From the NCBI GenBank assembly GCA_044225365.1, contig JBGAIQ010000011.1:64001-128000 (forward strand): a DNA stretch of 64,000 nt, written 5' to 3'. Each line of letters opens with the position of its first letter. Position 1 is the stretch's first letter. Source of the stretch: Planctomycetota bacterium (GTDB lineage: Bacteria > Planctomycetota > B15-G4 > JADJEK01). A program made the position numbers and the translations under genes. The notes under the pieces are model-generated. The model was not told the DNA's origin. It saw only the letters and a list, made by a program, of their open reading frames with translations, and searched no databases. Of this stretch, positions 47,324 to 57,544 are shown one piece after another.

Positions 47324-50300
47324 TCACGGTGTGACCACGACGCGAAATCCGATCGTATCCGGGTATTCGCTGCGCAGAACCGAAGTGCGAGTCGCGCAGC
47401 TCGTCGCGTCCGGATTCGACTTCCAGTGCCCGCCACGGACGACGCGTGATTCGGGATCGACTCCGTCGCCTCCCGTCACGAGCGGATCGCGGAACGCGTC
47501 GGCGCCGGCGAACGGATTCGCCGAATAGGCGTCGGCGCACCACTCGGCGGCGTTGCCCACGGTGTCGAACAGCAGGTTCGCGTTGAAGCCGTACTTCTTG
47601 AAGGTCCCGACCGGTGCGAGGTACGTGATTCCGTCATCGAAGTCGAAGGCGCCATACATGAGCTCGCGACGTACTGCCTTCGTCGCCGGCCCGAGCACGT
47701 TCTCGCGATCCTTCAGATCCGAACGAGCATCGCCCCACCAGTACGGACCCGGCGAGCCCGCGCGCGCGGCGAATTCCCACTCGGCCTCGGTCGGCAGGCG
47801 AATGCCGTCGCCGGCCCACTTGCAGAATCGCTCGGCCTGCTCAGCGCGCACGCGCACGACGGGATACGAATCGCCGTACTCGATTCCCTTGCCGAACGGA
47901 CTCGCGAGGGGGAACTCGTCGCCCTCGGCATGGAACGGATCGTCTTTCGCCTCGACGAAGCGACGGAACTGTCCGACGGTCGTCTCGTAGCGCGCGATGT
48001 AGAACGACTTCGAGATCGTGACGCGAGGAGTCGTCGCGTTGGGAGCCGCGAGGCTCGGGACGAACGAGCCGGGCTCGATCAGTGCGAATTCGATTCCGGA
48101 CTTCTGGTGCCGCACGACCTTCGCGAGGCCCGAAACACCGCGACGCGGAACGATCACCTCGAAACCCTCGGGGCAACCCGGCGCGAAGCTCGCTCGGCGT
48201 TCGAGCGCGTGCCGGCGCGGATTGTTCGGAGCGATCTCGGCGAGCACGGTGAGCGCGGTCGTCACCACTTTCTGCGAGTAACCCGGCGAAGGGCCGTCGA
48301 TCCGGGCGACGAGTTCGTCCTCGAGACTGCGCTCCGCGGTTTCGATCGCCGCATGCGCCGCTCCGGATGCTCGAATCGCCGCGCTCGGCCGTCGTGCCGC
48401 GAGCGCCGCGTCGGCCATCGAAAGATCCTCGCGTGCCGAGTCGATCCTGCCCTTCACGACGTCGGGCAGCGGGAACGCGGCGGCAACGAGGCCGATTCGT
48501 TGTTCGAGGGCCTTGAACGCGTCGTGGGCTTCGTTCGCCGCGCGAGCTGCGTCGGCCTCGCTCTTGCTCTGGTTGCCACGAAGGGCGTCGAGCTGCTCCG
48601 CTTGGAGACCGAGCGATTCGAGCAGCGCGAATCGCCGATCGGAGAGTTCACCGGCGTGCTCGGCGTCGGATTGCGAGGCGAGCACGATCGCTTCCCGCAG
48701 GTCGTTCGCGAGCGCGACGGCTTCGTTCGCGAGTGAGTCGAAATCGTTGCGTCCGTCGCCCTTCATCGAAGGCAGATCCGAGTGCAGCTTCTCCAGTCGG
48801 CTGCGGTGCGCTTTCATGCGTTGCTCGAGCGCCTGGAACGTTTCGGACTCGACGAGCCCCTTCGCCGCGGTGAGCTTCTGTTCGCTCGAAGCCAGGGTCC
48901 CCTCCGCGCTGCGGCGTGCCGCGAACAACGGCCCGCTCTCGGAGAGCGTCGTTTCGAGCGCCGACAGTTTCGCCTTCACCGTTTCGATCGAACGATCGAC
49001 TTCGAGAAGCTCGTCCTTCGTCGTCGTACGATCGATCGTGCGGCGCGTCGTTTCGATCTCCGAATCGACCGCGTCGAGCGCCGCCTTCACCTGCGCCGTG
49101 CGCTCCGCCTCGGCCGAATGCGAGGCTTCCTTGAACGACCCGAGGGCGGTGCGCAGGCTCTCGCTCTGGCGGGCGAGTTCTTCGATCGGGACCCGTCGCG
49201 CGTTCTGCTCGCGATTGAACTCTTCGACGAGTTTGCTGGCGTCGGCGAGATTGATCGTCGGCGCGCTCGTGCCGTCGCTGTTTCGAACCGGAGCGACCGG
49301 GCTCTTCAGTCCGAGCCAGTTCTCCACGCGATCGCGCTGCCACCATGCCGCGCCGCCGGCCGCGAGGACGAGGAAGAGGATCGTCGCGAGGACCTTCGCG
49401 AGGCCGCTCGAGCCCTGCGCCATCGAGGTCGGCTCGATCTGCGCGAGCATCTCCTCGACGGATTGGTAGCGCTTGCTCGGCTCTTCCTCGAGACACCGCA
49501 GGATGACTGGGCGGATCTCCTGCGGAATCTTCTCGGGATCGATCGCGACGGGTTTCATGCCCGTGAGCAGGTGGTATAGCGTCTTGCCGAGCGAGAAGAT
49601 GTCGGAGCGCTGATCCGCAGCATGCGCATCGACCCACTGCTCGGGCGCCATGTAGAGCAGCGTGCCGGCGGCTCCGCGCGTCGACGAGACCGAATGCTCG
49701 TCCGTCGCGCGCACGAGTCCGAAGTCCGCGAGCTTCGGCTCGCCGCCTTCCGTGAGGAGGATGTTGTGCGGCTTGATGTCGCGATGCACCACACCCTTGC
49801 TGTGCGCGTAGCCGAGCGCGGCGCCGATCTTGCGCGCGACGTTCAACGTCTCGTAGACGCTGAGCTTGCCCGTCGCCTTCACCTTGTCCATGAGCGAGCC
49901 GCCCGCGGCCCACTCGAGCACGAGGTAATCGCCCTCGTCGTCGCGCGCCGGCTGCAAGAGCTGCAGGATGTGCGGGTGCGAGAGCTTCGCGATCGACATC
50001 GCTTCGCGATGGAAGCGAACGATCACGTTGGGATCGAGTTGCTGCTGGGCGTGGATGCGCTTGATCGCGACGTAACGCCCGGTCGCGCGTTCGACCGCTT
50101 TGTGCACGCTGCCCATGCCGCCCATCATCGGATCGCCGACGATCTCGTAGAGTTCGTCCGCGGGGCGGAACGGGAAGCTCGCGCTGCGCGATTCGCCGAG
50201 GCTCCCCGAGCCAGAGCCGGTTCGCCCCGCCTTGCTGCTTCGCCCGGGATCGAGGCCGTCGCCGTTCGATCGCGGAGTCGACGGCGGAAGCGTTCCGGAC

Positions 50301-51286
50301 GCGCTCCCCTCGGGCGTCGAATCGATCGCGCCCGGCGCCGACAGCTCGTTCGAGAGATCGAGTTCGTCGCCGCTTCTCGTGGACGTGCCGCCCCGGACCA
50401 CGGGCCTTGGCGGCCGCGACACACCCGGAGAGAGCGTGGGCAGCGTTGCGCTCCTGTCGCGAGACGGATCGCCGAAGACCTGCGATTCCGAGATCGTGAT
50501 GTCGCCGCCGGGAACGGCGCGTCGCAGTGCGGCGATCACCTCGTCGAACGACTTCATTCGCTGCGAACGCTTCAACGCGATGCAGTCGCGGATCACGTCG
50601 CGGAACGACTGCGGCACGAGACCGAGTGCGACCGAGAACGGCGCCTCCCCCGTGACCATGTGATACATCACTCCGCCGAACGCGAAGATGTCGGGGCTCG
50701 GATCGAACTTGCCCTTCTCGACGAGCTCGCCGCCGAGATCGTAGGGATCGGGACGAATCGACGGACCGGGGAGTGAACCGAGTTCATCCATTCCGAAACC
50801 GGCGAGTCGGGCACTCCCATCCTCGCCAAAGACGATGTTGCTCGGTCGCACGTGACCATGCAGCACGTTCTTGCTATGCGCGAAGCTGAGCGCCTGCGCG
50901 ACCGAGAGCGCGACCCGGAACGCATCCCGCTCGCCGAGCGGACCTTGCTCGAGGCGATGCGAGAGCGTGCCGTATTCGGGCCACTCGATCACGCAGTACG
51001 TCGACTGCGCATCGCGGGCGATGTCGAAGACGCGAACGATCGATGGATGAACGAGGGCTCGGGCCCGCGCGGCGTCGTTGCGAAAGCGCGCGATCGCCGT
51101 GGTGTCGTGGCTGACCTCGCCGCGCAATCGCTGGATCGCGACCTTCTTGCCGGAGCGACGATCTCGCGCCGGGAAGATCTCCGTCTGTTGACTGGCAATC
51201 TCCTCCCCGAGGAGTTCGAACGACTCCTCGAGAGGAGCAAACGGCAGATCATCGGCTTGCGGCATCGATCGCTTCTTCTCACTCAC
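47324..51286 (-). CDS. Pseudokinase + Ser/Thr kinase + TM + coiled coil + FGE-sulfatase (SUMF1-like) domain protein
   Basis: Domain 1 has VAIQ / HGHVRPSN / AGFG (degenerate). Domain 2 has GGMG, VAIK, HRDIKPHN, DFG and YMAPEQ. TM segment. C-terminal RYETTVGQF, RLPTEAEWEFAARAG, GNAAEWC and IGFRVV. Confidence 0.9.
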   Translation of the reverse strand: MSEKKRSMPQADDLPFAPLEESFELLGEEIASQQTEIFPARDRRSGKKVAIQRLRGEVSHDTTAIARFRNDAARARALVHPSIVRVFDIARDAQSTYCVIEWPEYGTLSHRLEQGPLGERDAFRVALSVAQALSFAHSKNVLHGHVRPSNIVFGEDGSARLAGFGMDELGSLPGPSIRPDPYDLGGELVEKGKFDPSPDIFAFGGVMYHMVTGEAPFSVALGLVPQSFRDVIRDCIALKRSQRMKSFDEVIAALRRAVPGGDITISESQVFGDPSRDRSATLPTLSPGVSRPPRPVVRGGTSTRSGDELDLSNELSAPGAIDSTPEGSASGTLPPSTPRSNGDGLDPGRSSKAGRTGSGSGSLGESRSASFPFRPADELYEIVGDPMMGGMGSVHKAVERATGRYVAIKRIHAQQQLDPNVIVRFHREAMSIAKLSHPHILQLLQPARDDEGDYLVLEWAAGGSLMDKVKATGKLSVYETLNVARKIGAALGYAHSKGVVHRDIKPHNILLTEGGEPKLADFGLVRATDEHSVSSTRGAAGTLLYMAPEQWVDAHAADQRSDIFSLGKTLYHLLTGMKPVAIDPEKIPQEIRPVILRCLEEEPSKRYQSVEEMLAQIEPTSMAQGSSGLAKVLATILFLVLAAGGAAWWQRDRVENWLGLKSPVAPVRNSDGTSAPTINLADASKLVEEFNREQNARRVPIEELARQSESLRTALGSFKEASHSAEAERTAQVKAALDAVDSEIETTRRTIDRTTTKDELLEVDRSIETVKAKLSALETTLSESGPLFAARRSAEGTLASSEQKLTAAKGLVESETFQALEQRMKAHRSRLEKLHSDLPSMKGDGRNDFDSLANEAVALANDLREAIVLASQSDAEHAGELSDRRFALLESLGLQAEQLDALRGNQSKSEADAARAANEAHDAFKALEQRIGLVAAAFPLPDVVKGRIDSAREDLSMADAALAARRPSAAIRASGAAHAAIETAERSLEDELVARIDGPSPGYSQKVVTTALTVLAEIAPNNPRRHALERRASFAPGCPEGFEVIVPRRGVSGLAKVVRHQKSGIEFALIEPGSFVPSLAAPNATTPRVTISKSFYIARYETTVGQFRRFVEAKDDPFHAEGDEFPLASPFGKGIEYGDSYPVVRVRAEQAERFCKWAGDGIRLPTEAEWEFAARAGSPGPYWWGDARSDLKDRENVLGPATKAVRRELMYGAFDFDDGITYLAPVGTFKKYGFNANLLFDTVGNAAEWCADAYSANPFAGADAFRDPLVTGGDGVDPESRVVRGGHWKSNPDATSCATRTSVLRSEYPDTIGFRVVVTP

Positions 51287-51478
51287 GAACCGAGCGCGGT
51301 AATCGAAGTCAACGGACGAGATTCGACGAAGAGCTTAGGGACCCTCGCTGAATCCGCAACGCGAGCCCGACGTCTCGGTCCGCCGTCCCGATGCGCGGCG
51401 TAGAATCTCCCACTCGCCGCGTCGCCGAAGCGCCGGGCGGACTTCACACTTCGCCCCCCGCTTGCCAGGTCGACGTCG

Positions 51479-53134
51479 TTGCGCCGCATCCTCGGAATCG
51501 CTCTGGTCCTTGCGATACTGTTCGTGTTGCGCACGCCGCGCATCACGGCAGATGGCCTCCAGTACTGCCTCGACTCGCGCAGCGGAGCCGATTTCTTCCA
51601 TCCTCATCACCTGCTCACGACACCCGCCATCCACTTCGTTCACGCGGTCCTGAACGCGGTCGGCATCGCAGCGGACGAGATCCTCGCCGGGCGAATCCAC
51701 AGCCTGTTCTTTACAGCGGTCCTCGGCCTTTCCTTCCTCGCCCTCCTGCGCTCCGTGTTCGGCAAGGACGCCGTATCGCCCTTCGAGCCCCTGGCCCTCG
51801 TTTTCACGTACGGCGTCGCCACGTTCGCATCGCAACCGGAGTCGTACACGGCTTCGCTCGCCTGCCTCGTCCTCGCGTTCTACGTCGTGAGCCAAGAAGG
51901 TCGCCTGCGCCACGGGCTCGTCGCGGCGCTCCTTCTCGCGCTCGCCGTGCTCTATCACCAACTCGCGGTGCTCTCCGGTTTGCCGCTCCTCGGCTACGGA
52001 CTGTTTCGGCGCGAGAGGCGGGGCGTCGTGCTGGTATGCCTCACCGTGTCGGCCTCGCTCGTGCTGCTGGCCTACGTCGCAGCCCATCGCGCGAGTTCCT
52101 CGCCGCAATCGCTCGTCGAGTTCGCATTGCACTACTCCAAGAACGGTCTTCCCGGGTGGGGCGAGGAAGCGAACTTCGGGAGCCGCGGGATCGCGAGCTT
52201 CGGGAACTCGATCCTGCACAGCGTCACGGGAGCGCTCCCCAACGGCGAATCGCGTGGACGGGGCATCGTCGTCGTGCTCGTGCTCGCTTTGCTGATCGGT
52301 GCGAACGCGATCGAGTTCCTGCGGCGCCGCGAGCGCAATGCGGTCGCCGACCCTGCGATGCGCGGCGCGAGCATCGTCGCCGTGATCGTCTACTCGATCT
52401 TCCTCGTGTGGTGGATCCCGGCGCTCAGCAAGTACGAGCTGTATCTCCTGCCGCATCTCTATCTGCTCGCGCGCTTCCTCGCGATCGACCACGCGTCGCC
52501 GGAGCCTTTGCGACGTCGGGTTCCGTTCGCAGTGCTCGCATTCGCGGGAACGATCGTCCTCGCACGACTCCTCCCCGAACATCTCGAACCGCATGTTCCG
52601 AGGGAGCGCGCCGCACGACTTGCGCGCGTGGGCGGCCCCGGGACGATTCGGATCTGCGATTTCGAGACCGCGAATTTCCTCCGCTACGACCACGGCGACG
52701 CTCTGGTGATGCCCGCGCAGGTCATCCTCTACTGCGCCTACAACGGGACGTTCGAGCGCGTGAAGGGCCGCATCGCCGATCCGCTCAGTAACGCTTCGAC
52801 GATCGTGATCCCGCTCTCGGAACTGGCTCCGACCTATGAAGCCTATGGTCGCAACGCCGACTCGAATCCCGCGGCATGGCGGCAATTCGCGCTCTGGCTC
52901 TTCGATCTGCGCGCCGGTGGGTCACCGCAGGGTGCGGGCACCCGGCGGGCGTTCGAGGTCGAATCCCTCGAGGGCGGCGAGTTCGTCGTCGTGATGAGTC
53001 AGGACCGCGTCGCCACGAAAGGGCTCGCGGAAGTCTTCGAGGCGCTCGACGCCAAGATCGCCGCGCGATCGGCCGATCCATCGCTCGTGCGCTTTCGGGT
53101 GTGGGACGAGCGCGTCCGCATGGCGCGGCACTGA
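51479..53134 (+). CDS. Polytopic membrane protein, possibly GT-C glycosyltransferase-like
   Basis: About 10 hydrophobic segments. FHPHHLL loop, QPESY and LYHQ motifs. Soluble C-terminal domain. Function inferred only. Confidence 0.6.
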   Translation: MRRILGIALVLAILFVLRTPRITADGLQYCLDSRSGADFFHPHHLLTTPAIHFVHAVLNAVGIAADEILAGRIHSLFFTAVLGLSFLALLRSVFGKDAVSPFEPLALVFTYGVATFASQPESYTASLACLVLAFYVVSQEGRLRHGLVAALLLALAVLYHQLAVLSGLPLLGYGLFRRERRGVVLVCLTVSASLVLLAYVAAHRASSSPQSLVEFALHYSKNGLPGWGEEANFGSRGIASFGNSILHSVTGALPNGESRGRGIVVVLVLALLIGANAIEFLRRRERNAVADPAMRGASIVAVIVYSIFLVWWIPALSKYELYLLPHLYLLARFLAIDHASPEPLRRRVPFAVLAFAGTIVLARLLPEHLEPHVPRERAARLARVGGPGTIRICDFETANFLRYDHGDALVMPAQVILYCAYNGTFERVKGRIADPLSNASTIVIPLSELAPTYEAYGRNADSNPAAWRQFALWLFDLRAGGSPQGAGTRRAFEVESLEGGEFVVVMSQDRVATKGLAEVFEALDAKIAARSADPSLVRFRVWDERVRMARH

Positions 53135-53139
53135 GCGCT

Positions 53140-53988
53140 TCAGATGTCGCTCGTCCGTACGAAGTCGAACGTCGAGTCGAGTTCGCCGAACGTGACGACG
53201 CTTGCACTCGCGCTGGGCTCGATTCCTCGCGCTCTCAATTCGAGGGCGAGCGGGCTCCCGCGTGGCACGCAGAACATGTGCACCGCATCCGACGAGAACG
53301 CCGGGGTCGAGTGCGGTCCGTTCGCGCCATCGCCGTACCGAAGGTGCAGCAGGTGCATGGGCCGACCCGTGCTCCGTAGCACGATGTCCTTCTTGCCGCG
53401 GAGATCGATGAGCGTGAGCGAGCCGAGATGCGATTCGAGGAGAGATGATTGGGCCTCGATCTGCGGGCCGGATAGCGAGAACAGATCGAGGGTCGCTGGG
53501 GTCTTGGGCGCAGGTGAGACGAAGCGCGAGAGATACGGGACGAGCCGATTCGCGCCCGTGGCGTCGTTCATCGAGATCGCGTAAGCCGCGTTCGCCGAAG
53601 CAGCGGCATCGCTGCGAAAAGCGTTCACGAGGGGCAATGCGATGCGGTGGCGCAGCGCGTTGCGATTCGCCTTGAGATCGCACAGATACCACGCGAGGCG
53701 AGTTCCGCCGTCGCGAAGGGGAACGCGCCGCAGCACCGCCGCGAGCACGCCGAGGATCGTGTCGCCGTCGAGCGCGACGTAGGAACGCAAGGGCTCGAGC
53801 GATCCGTGCTCTATCGTCACTGCAAGGCGGCGGAAGAACGCGAAGTAGTCGGCGCCGCCTCGCCCGTGATCGATCTCGAATCGATCGTCGCCGAGCGGAT
53901 ACGTGATGCCCCGTTCGAGCGCGGCGATGCGACGGCCGAAACCGTCGAGTTCCGCGGATTCGAGGCGCCGTACGACGAGACCCGTCAT
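53140..53988 (-). CDS. GNAT-like acyltransferase-fold protein
   Basis: ATGA-coupled start MTGLVVRRL. ILGVLAAVLR and AWYLCDLKANRNALRHRIA resemble GNAT beta4 / motif A. Confidence 0.65.
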   Translation of the reverse strand: MTGLVVRRLESAELDGFGRRIAALERGITYPLGDDRFEIDHGRGGADYFAFFRRLAVTIEHGSLEPLRSYVALDGDTILGVLAAVLRRVPLRDGGTRLAWYLCDLKANRNALRHRIALPLVNAFRSDAAASANAAYAISMNDATGANRLVPYLSRFVSPAPKTPATLDLFSLSGPQIEAQSSLLESHLGSLTLIDLRGKKDIVLRSTGRPMHLLHLRYGDGANGPHSTPAFSSDAVHMFCVPRGSPLALELRARGIEPSASASVVTFGELDSTFDFVRTSDI

Positions 53989-54731
53989 GTCGCCCTCGTA
54001 TGGAGCCCCGCTCGACCATGGCCCCGTGACGACGCTCGACGCCCCCGCGACCGATACAAGTCGCGATAGAGACGGTCGAAGACGTACGCACCTTGACGCA
54101 AGCCCTGTTCGACGTAGTAGCGACCTTCGTCCGACGCTTCGTAGGACGGCCGCAGCACCGCGAAGAAGTCGTCGGAGTGACGCCAATCGAGTTTCTCGTG
54201 GAGCGAGTAGTGAATCATCTCCTCCTGCTTCAGGAACCCGCGCGCGACGATCGCCTGACCGATCCACGTCGAGATGTCGGCGAACATCCGCTCGATGATT
54301 CCCATCGTGCCCGCGCTCACGGCGAACTCGTCCATCAGCGATGCGCCGACGAGCGTGGTGTTGAACGCGCGGACCTCCGGCCACAACGCGCGCGCGTCGA
54401 TATCGATGGGCGAGATCCCCGCCATTCGCCGCAGCAACTCCTGGAACGTCTCGCCGTGCATCAGCGATGCATCGCCCTCGCCGTGCTCTTCCCACACGTT
54501 GCGGAGAACTTCGAGGCGCTGGCGCGGAAAGGGGATCTTGGCCGCGACGGCCGCCATCGGACGACTGAAGAAGATGACGGCGAAATAGAACTGGATCTGG
54601 GTCTCGACGAAATCGTCCTTCGTGAACGAGCCGTCGCGCAGTGCTGCGAAATAGGGATTGTCGCGATAACCCGACTCTTCGAGGACGCGCGCGACGAGGG
54701 CGTCGAACGATAGGGACTCCGTAGTCGTCAT
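53985..54731 (-). CDS. Heme-oxygenase-like diiron oxidase (CADD/PqqC/TenA-like iron-containing redox enzyme)
   Basis: Ligand pattern NVWEEHG...MHGETF...IIE...YSLHEKLDWRH (E, H, E, HxxxDxxH). All-helical, 248 aa. ATGA overlap with the upstream gene. Confidence 0.82.
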   Translation of the reverse strand: MTTTESLSFDALVARVLEESGYRDNPYFAALRDGSFTKDDFVETQIQFYFAVIFFSRPMAAVAAKIPFPRQRLEVLRNVWEEHGEGDASLMHGETFQELLRRMAGISPIDIDARALWPEVRAFNTTLVGASLMDEFAVSAGTMGIIERMFADISTWIGQAIVARGFLKQEEMIHYSLHEKLDWRHSDDFFAVLRPSYEASDEGRYYVEQGLRQGAYVFDRLYRDLYRSRGRRASSRGHGRAGLHTRAT

Positions 54732-55729
54732 GAGCGATCTCCCATTCCGGCGCGGCGGACGCCGACGTGCAGACTCGAGTAGAACAGGCTGCGATCGGCG
54801 GCGAGTAACGGCCGCGTGAAGTCGGCGTCGAACTCGAATGCTGCGCGGAAGCGTGCTTCGTGGTCGGCCATGTTGTTCAACTGGCGGTAGACGATCACGG
54901 TGCCGGGCCGAGTCGTCGTGACGAGCCTTGTCGCGAGACGATCGATCTCCGCAGGATCCATCCAGTCGAGCACGTTCGACAAGTCGATGAGGTCGAAGCG
55001 GAAGAAGTCCTCGAGGTCCTCCAGTCGCGCATTCGTCGTCTCGATTCCATGCACGGGCGGAAGGACGCGCAGGTAGTCGGGCCAGCTCGCGGGATCCTCG
55101 CGGTAGGCCCCGAGGAAGACGTGGTGGAGGAAGTAGTTCGTGGCGGCGTCGTCGCGCAGCAGGCCGCGTTCGAAGCGCTCGCGGAAGTACTTCGGATAAC
55201 TGCCCGGCTCGGCGTATCGCGTCGCGGCCGCCGTGAACATCGTCTCGAGCAGTTCGTTCGAGAAGAACAACTCGAACGCGACCTTCCAGTAGGGCGAGGC
55301 GAACCAAGTTCGCAGCGATTCGTGATCGCGGGCACCGCCATCGAAGAACGCCCGGAACTCCGCGTCGCTCGCGACGAACTCGTTCAGGAAGGAGCGCAGT
55401 TGCGCGAAGAGGGATTCGAAGTTGCCCCGTTGCGTCAGGCCTTTGGGCATTGGATGACCGATCCCGAACATCTGTTGGAGGTCCGCGGGGTCGGCATCGT
55501 TCGCGGAACGCGCGAGCACCTCGATCTTCCGCCTCACGAGTTCGAGTTGCGCCGGATTGGGGTCGACGAGGACGAGGTCGATGCGGGGATGCGTCGCGCG
55601 CAGCGAGAACGCCGTGCAGCCGCCCGAGGCCACGAGCAAGACGTGTCTCGCCCCGTACTTAGCGACGATCGCCTGTTCGATCCGCGGGTCCTCACGAACG
55701 ACGGCGAACTGGATCGGCGGGTTCCTCAT
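54728..55729 (-). CDS. DUF3419 / BtaA-like SAM-dependent transferase
   Basis: [27 protein letters not shown] and LSNVLDWM match BtaA/DUF3419 motifs (EDP, ASGGCN, DLNPAH, DWM). Confidence 0.8.
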   Translation of the reverse strand: MRNPPIQFAVVREDPRIEQAIVAKYGARHVLLVASGGCTAFSLRATHPRIDLVLVDPNPAQLELVRRKIEVLARSANDADPADLQQMFGIGHPMPKGLTQRGNFESLFAQLRSFLNEFVASDAEFRAFFDGGARDHESLRTWFASPYWKVAFELFFSNELLETMFTAAATRYAEPGSYPKYFRERFERGLLRDDAATNYFLHHVFLGAYREDPASWPDYLRVLPPVHGIETTNARLEDLEDFFRFDLIDLSNVLDWMDPAEIDRLATRLVTTTRPGTVIVYRQLNNMADHEARFRAAFEFDADFTRPLLAADRSLFYSSLHVGVRRAGMGDRS

Positions 55730-55907
55730 CGGCGGCCTCTTGGAAGATCGAGCGGGTAGGACGGCGCGGCCGCGCCCATTCGGTTCGTTCGCTCACGCCT
55801 TCTGTAGTTGCAACCCACGGACCGCGCGGCTTCAATCGTCGGTGCGGCGCATTTGGTTGCGGCGCACGAGTCGAACCGTCATCCAACCTCACACCCAAAG
55901 CCCTCTC

Positions 55908-56891
55908 ATGTCGAAGCCCATCCGTGTCGCGATCACTGGCGCCGCAGGTCAGATCGGTTACTCCCTCCTCTACCCCATCGCGCAGGGCGCCATGCTCGGC
56001 GCGGATCAGCCGGTCATCCTGCAACTCCTCGAATTGCCCGTCGCCGCGAAGGCGCTCGACGGCGTCGCGATGGAGCTCGTCGACTGCGGATATCCGCTGC
56101 TCCACGGGATCGAGACCTCGACCGAGCCGATGAAGGCGTTCAAGGACGCGGACGTAATCATGCTCGTCGGCAGCAAGCCGCGCGGACCGGGTCAATCGCG
56201 CGCCGACCTCATCCGCGACAACGGACCGATCTTCGTCGGCCAAGGCCAGGCGATCGATCAGGTCGCGTCGAAGGACGCGAAGATCATCGTCGTCGGCAAT
56301 CCGTGCAATACGAACTGCCTCATCGCCGCGGCGCAGAGCAAGCGCATCCCGCGCCAGAACTTCACCGCGATGACACGCCTCGACCACAATCGCGCGCTCG
56401 GTCAGATCGCGAGCAAGGCCGGCACGACCTCGAACGCGATCAAGAACGTCATCATCTGGGGCAACCACTCCGACACGATGGTTCCCGACCTCGAGCACGC
56501 GACGGTCAGCGGCAAGCCCGCGCTCTCGACGCTCGACGGCGAATGGCTGAAGGGCGCGTTCGACACCACGGTTCGCACGCGCGGCAAGCAGATCATCGAC
56601 GCGCGCGGGAAGTCGTCGGCGGCCTCCGCGGCGCAATCGGCGATGGACCACATCCACGATTGGGCAAAGGGCACGGGTCACAACGACTACACGTCGATGG
56701 CCGTTCCGAGCGACGGCAGCTACGGGGTGCCCGAAGGTCTCATCTTCTCGTTCCCCTGCCGCGTGAAGTCGCCATGGCAGTACGAGATCGTGAAGGACCT
56801 GAAGGTCAGCGACGACATCAAGTCCCGCATGAAGAAGACGATCGACGAGCTCGTCTCCGAGCGCGAGACGGTGAGGGACCTGCTCGTCTGA
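55908..56891 (+). CDS. mdh: Malate dehydrogenase
   Basis: [35 protein letters not shown] and SSAASAA motifs. Confidence 0.96.
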   Translation: MSKPIRVAITGAAGQIGYSLLYPIAQGAMLGADQPVILQLLELPVAAKALDGVAMELVDCGYPLLHGIETSTEPMKAFKDADVIMLVGSKPRGPGQSRADLIRDNGPIFVGQGQAIDQVASKDAKIIVVGNPCNTNCLIAAAQSKRIPRQNFTAMTRLDHNRALGQIASKAGTTSNAIKNVIIWGNHSDTMVPDLEHATVSGKPALSTLDGEWLKGAFDTTVRTRGKQIIDARGKSSAASAAQSAMDHIHDWAKGTGHNDYTSMAVPSDGSYGVPEGLIFSFPCRVKSPWQYEIVKDLKVSDDIKSRMKKTIDELVSERETVRDLLV

Positions 56892-57092
56892 TCTCCGATG
56901 TTCGGTCGCCGCTCGTCCCTGACGTGCGGCTAACTGGAAGTTTGCCTCGACCCGCCTCCCGTGTCGTTCGACGCGAGGAGGCGGCGTCGTTGCATAGGGT
57001 GACGAACAACGGAACTCGTCGGGATCGAACGCCGAACCCATCGCAGAAGAGACCACCGCGGCACGGCACCCAGAGAATGATCGAGAGATCGC

Positions 57093-57119
57093 TGTCGAAA
57101 TTCAGCGCGGTCGATCGTC
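57093..57119 (+). promoter_or_regulatory. Putative ECF42-type promoter TGTCGA-N17-CGTC
   Basis: TGTCGA at 57093-57098 and CGTC at 57116-57119, upstream of the YciI-ECF operon. Same architecture recurs at 58856. Confidence 0.7.
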
Positions 57120-57177
57120 TTTTCCTCCCGACAGGTTCCCGGATCCCTGCGTATTCCCGTTTTCGAAAGGACGCACC

Positions 57178-57543
57178 ATGCCGAAGTTCATGCTCATCCT
57201 GCGCGATGATCCCGCAACGTACTCCGATTACAGTCCGCAGCAGTTCGAGGACTTGCTCGCCAAGTACCAAACGTGGACGGCTCGCCTCGCTGCCGAGGGT
57301 CGTATCGATCTCGGCCGTAAGCTCACGGACGACAGCGGCAAGATCCTGCGCAAGAAGGACGGAAAACTCGTCGTGAAGGACGGTCCGTTCAACGAGACGA
57401 AGGAAGTCGTCGGGGGCTTCTACATCATCAAGGCAGACGACTACGCCCACGCTGTAGAACTCTGCGCCGAACACCCCGCCTATGCGACGGCGGGCAGCGT
57501 CGAGATCCGCCAAGTCGATTTCATGGGCGGTCCCGAGGAGTGA
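57178..57543 (+). CDS. YciI / DGPF-domain protein
   Basis: MPKFMLIL, KDGPFNETKEVVGGFYII and SVEIRQV motifs. AAGGA RBS. Confidence 0.92.
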   Translation: MPKFMLILRDDPATYSDYSPQQFEDLLAKYQTWTARLAAEGRIDLGRKLTDDSGKILRKKDGKLVVKDGPFNETKEVVGGFYIIKADDYAHAVELCAEHPAYATAGSVEIRQVDFMGGPEE

Positions 57544-57544
57544 G

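Noticed and set aside
53985-54731. PqqC or TenA assignment
   Set aside because: No pqq or thiamine genes nearby, and the ligand set fits metal-binding HO-like oxidases better.
54728-55729. Canonical betaine lipid (btaAB) operon
   Set aside because: No BtaB methyltransferase is adjacent, and the coupled partners are a diiron oxidase and a GNAT-like gene, so the symbol btaA was not assigned.
56892-57090. Possible ncRNA after mdh
   Set aside because: Only a GC hairpin (CCGCCTCC...GGAGGCGG) is evident, with no recognisable RNA family features.
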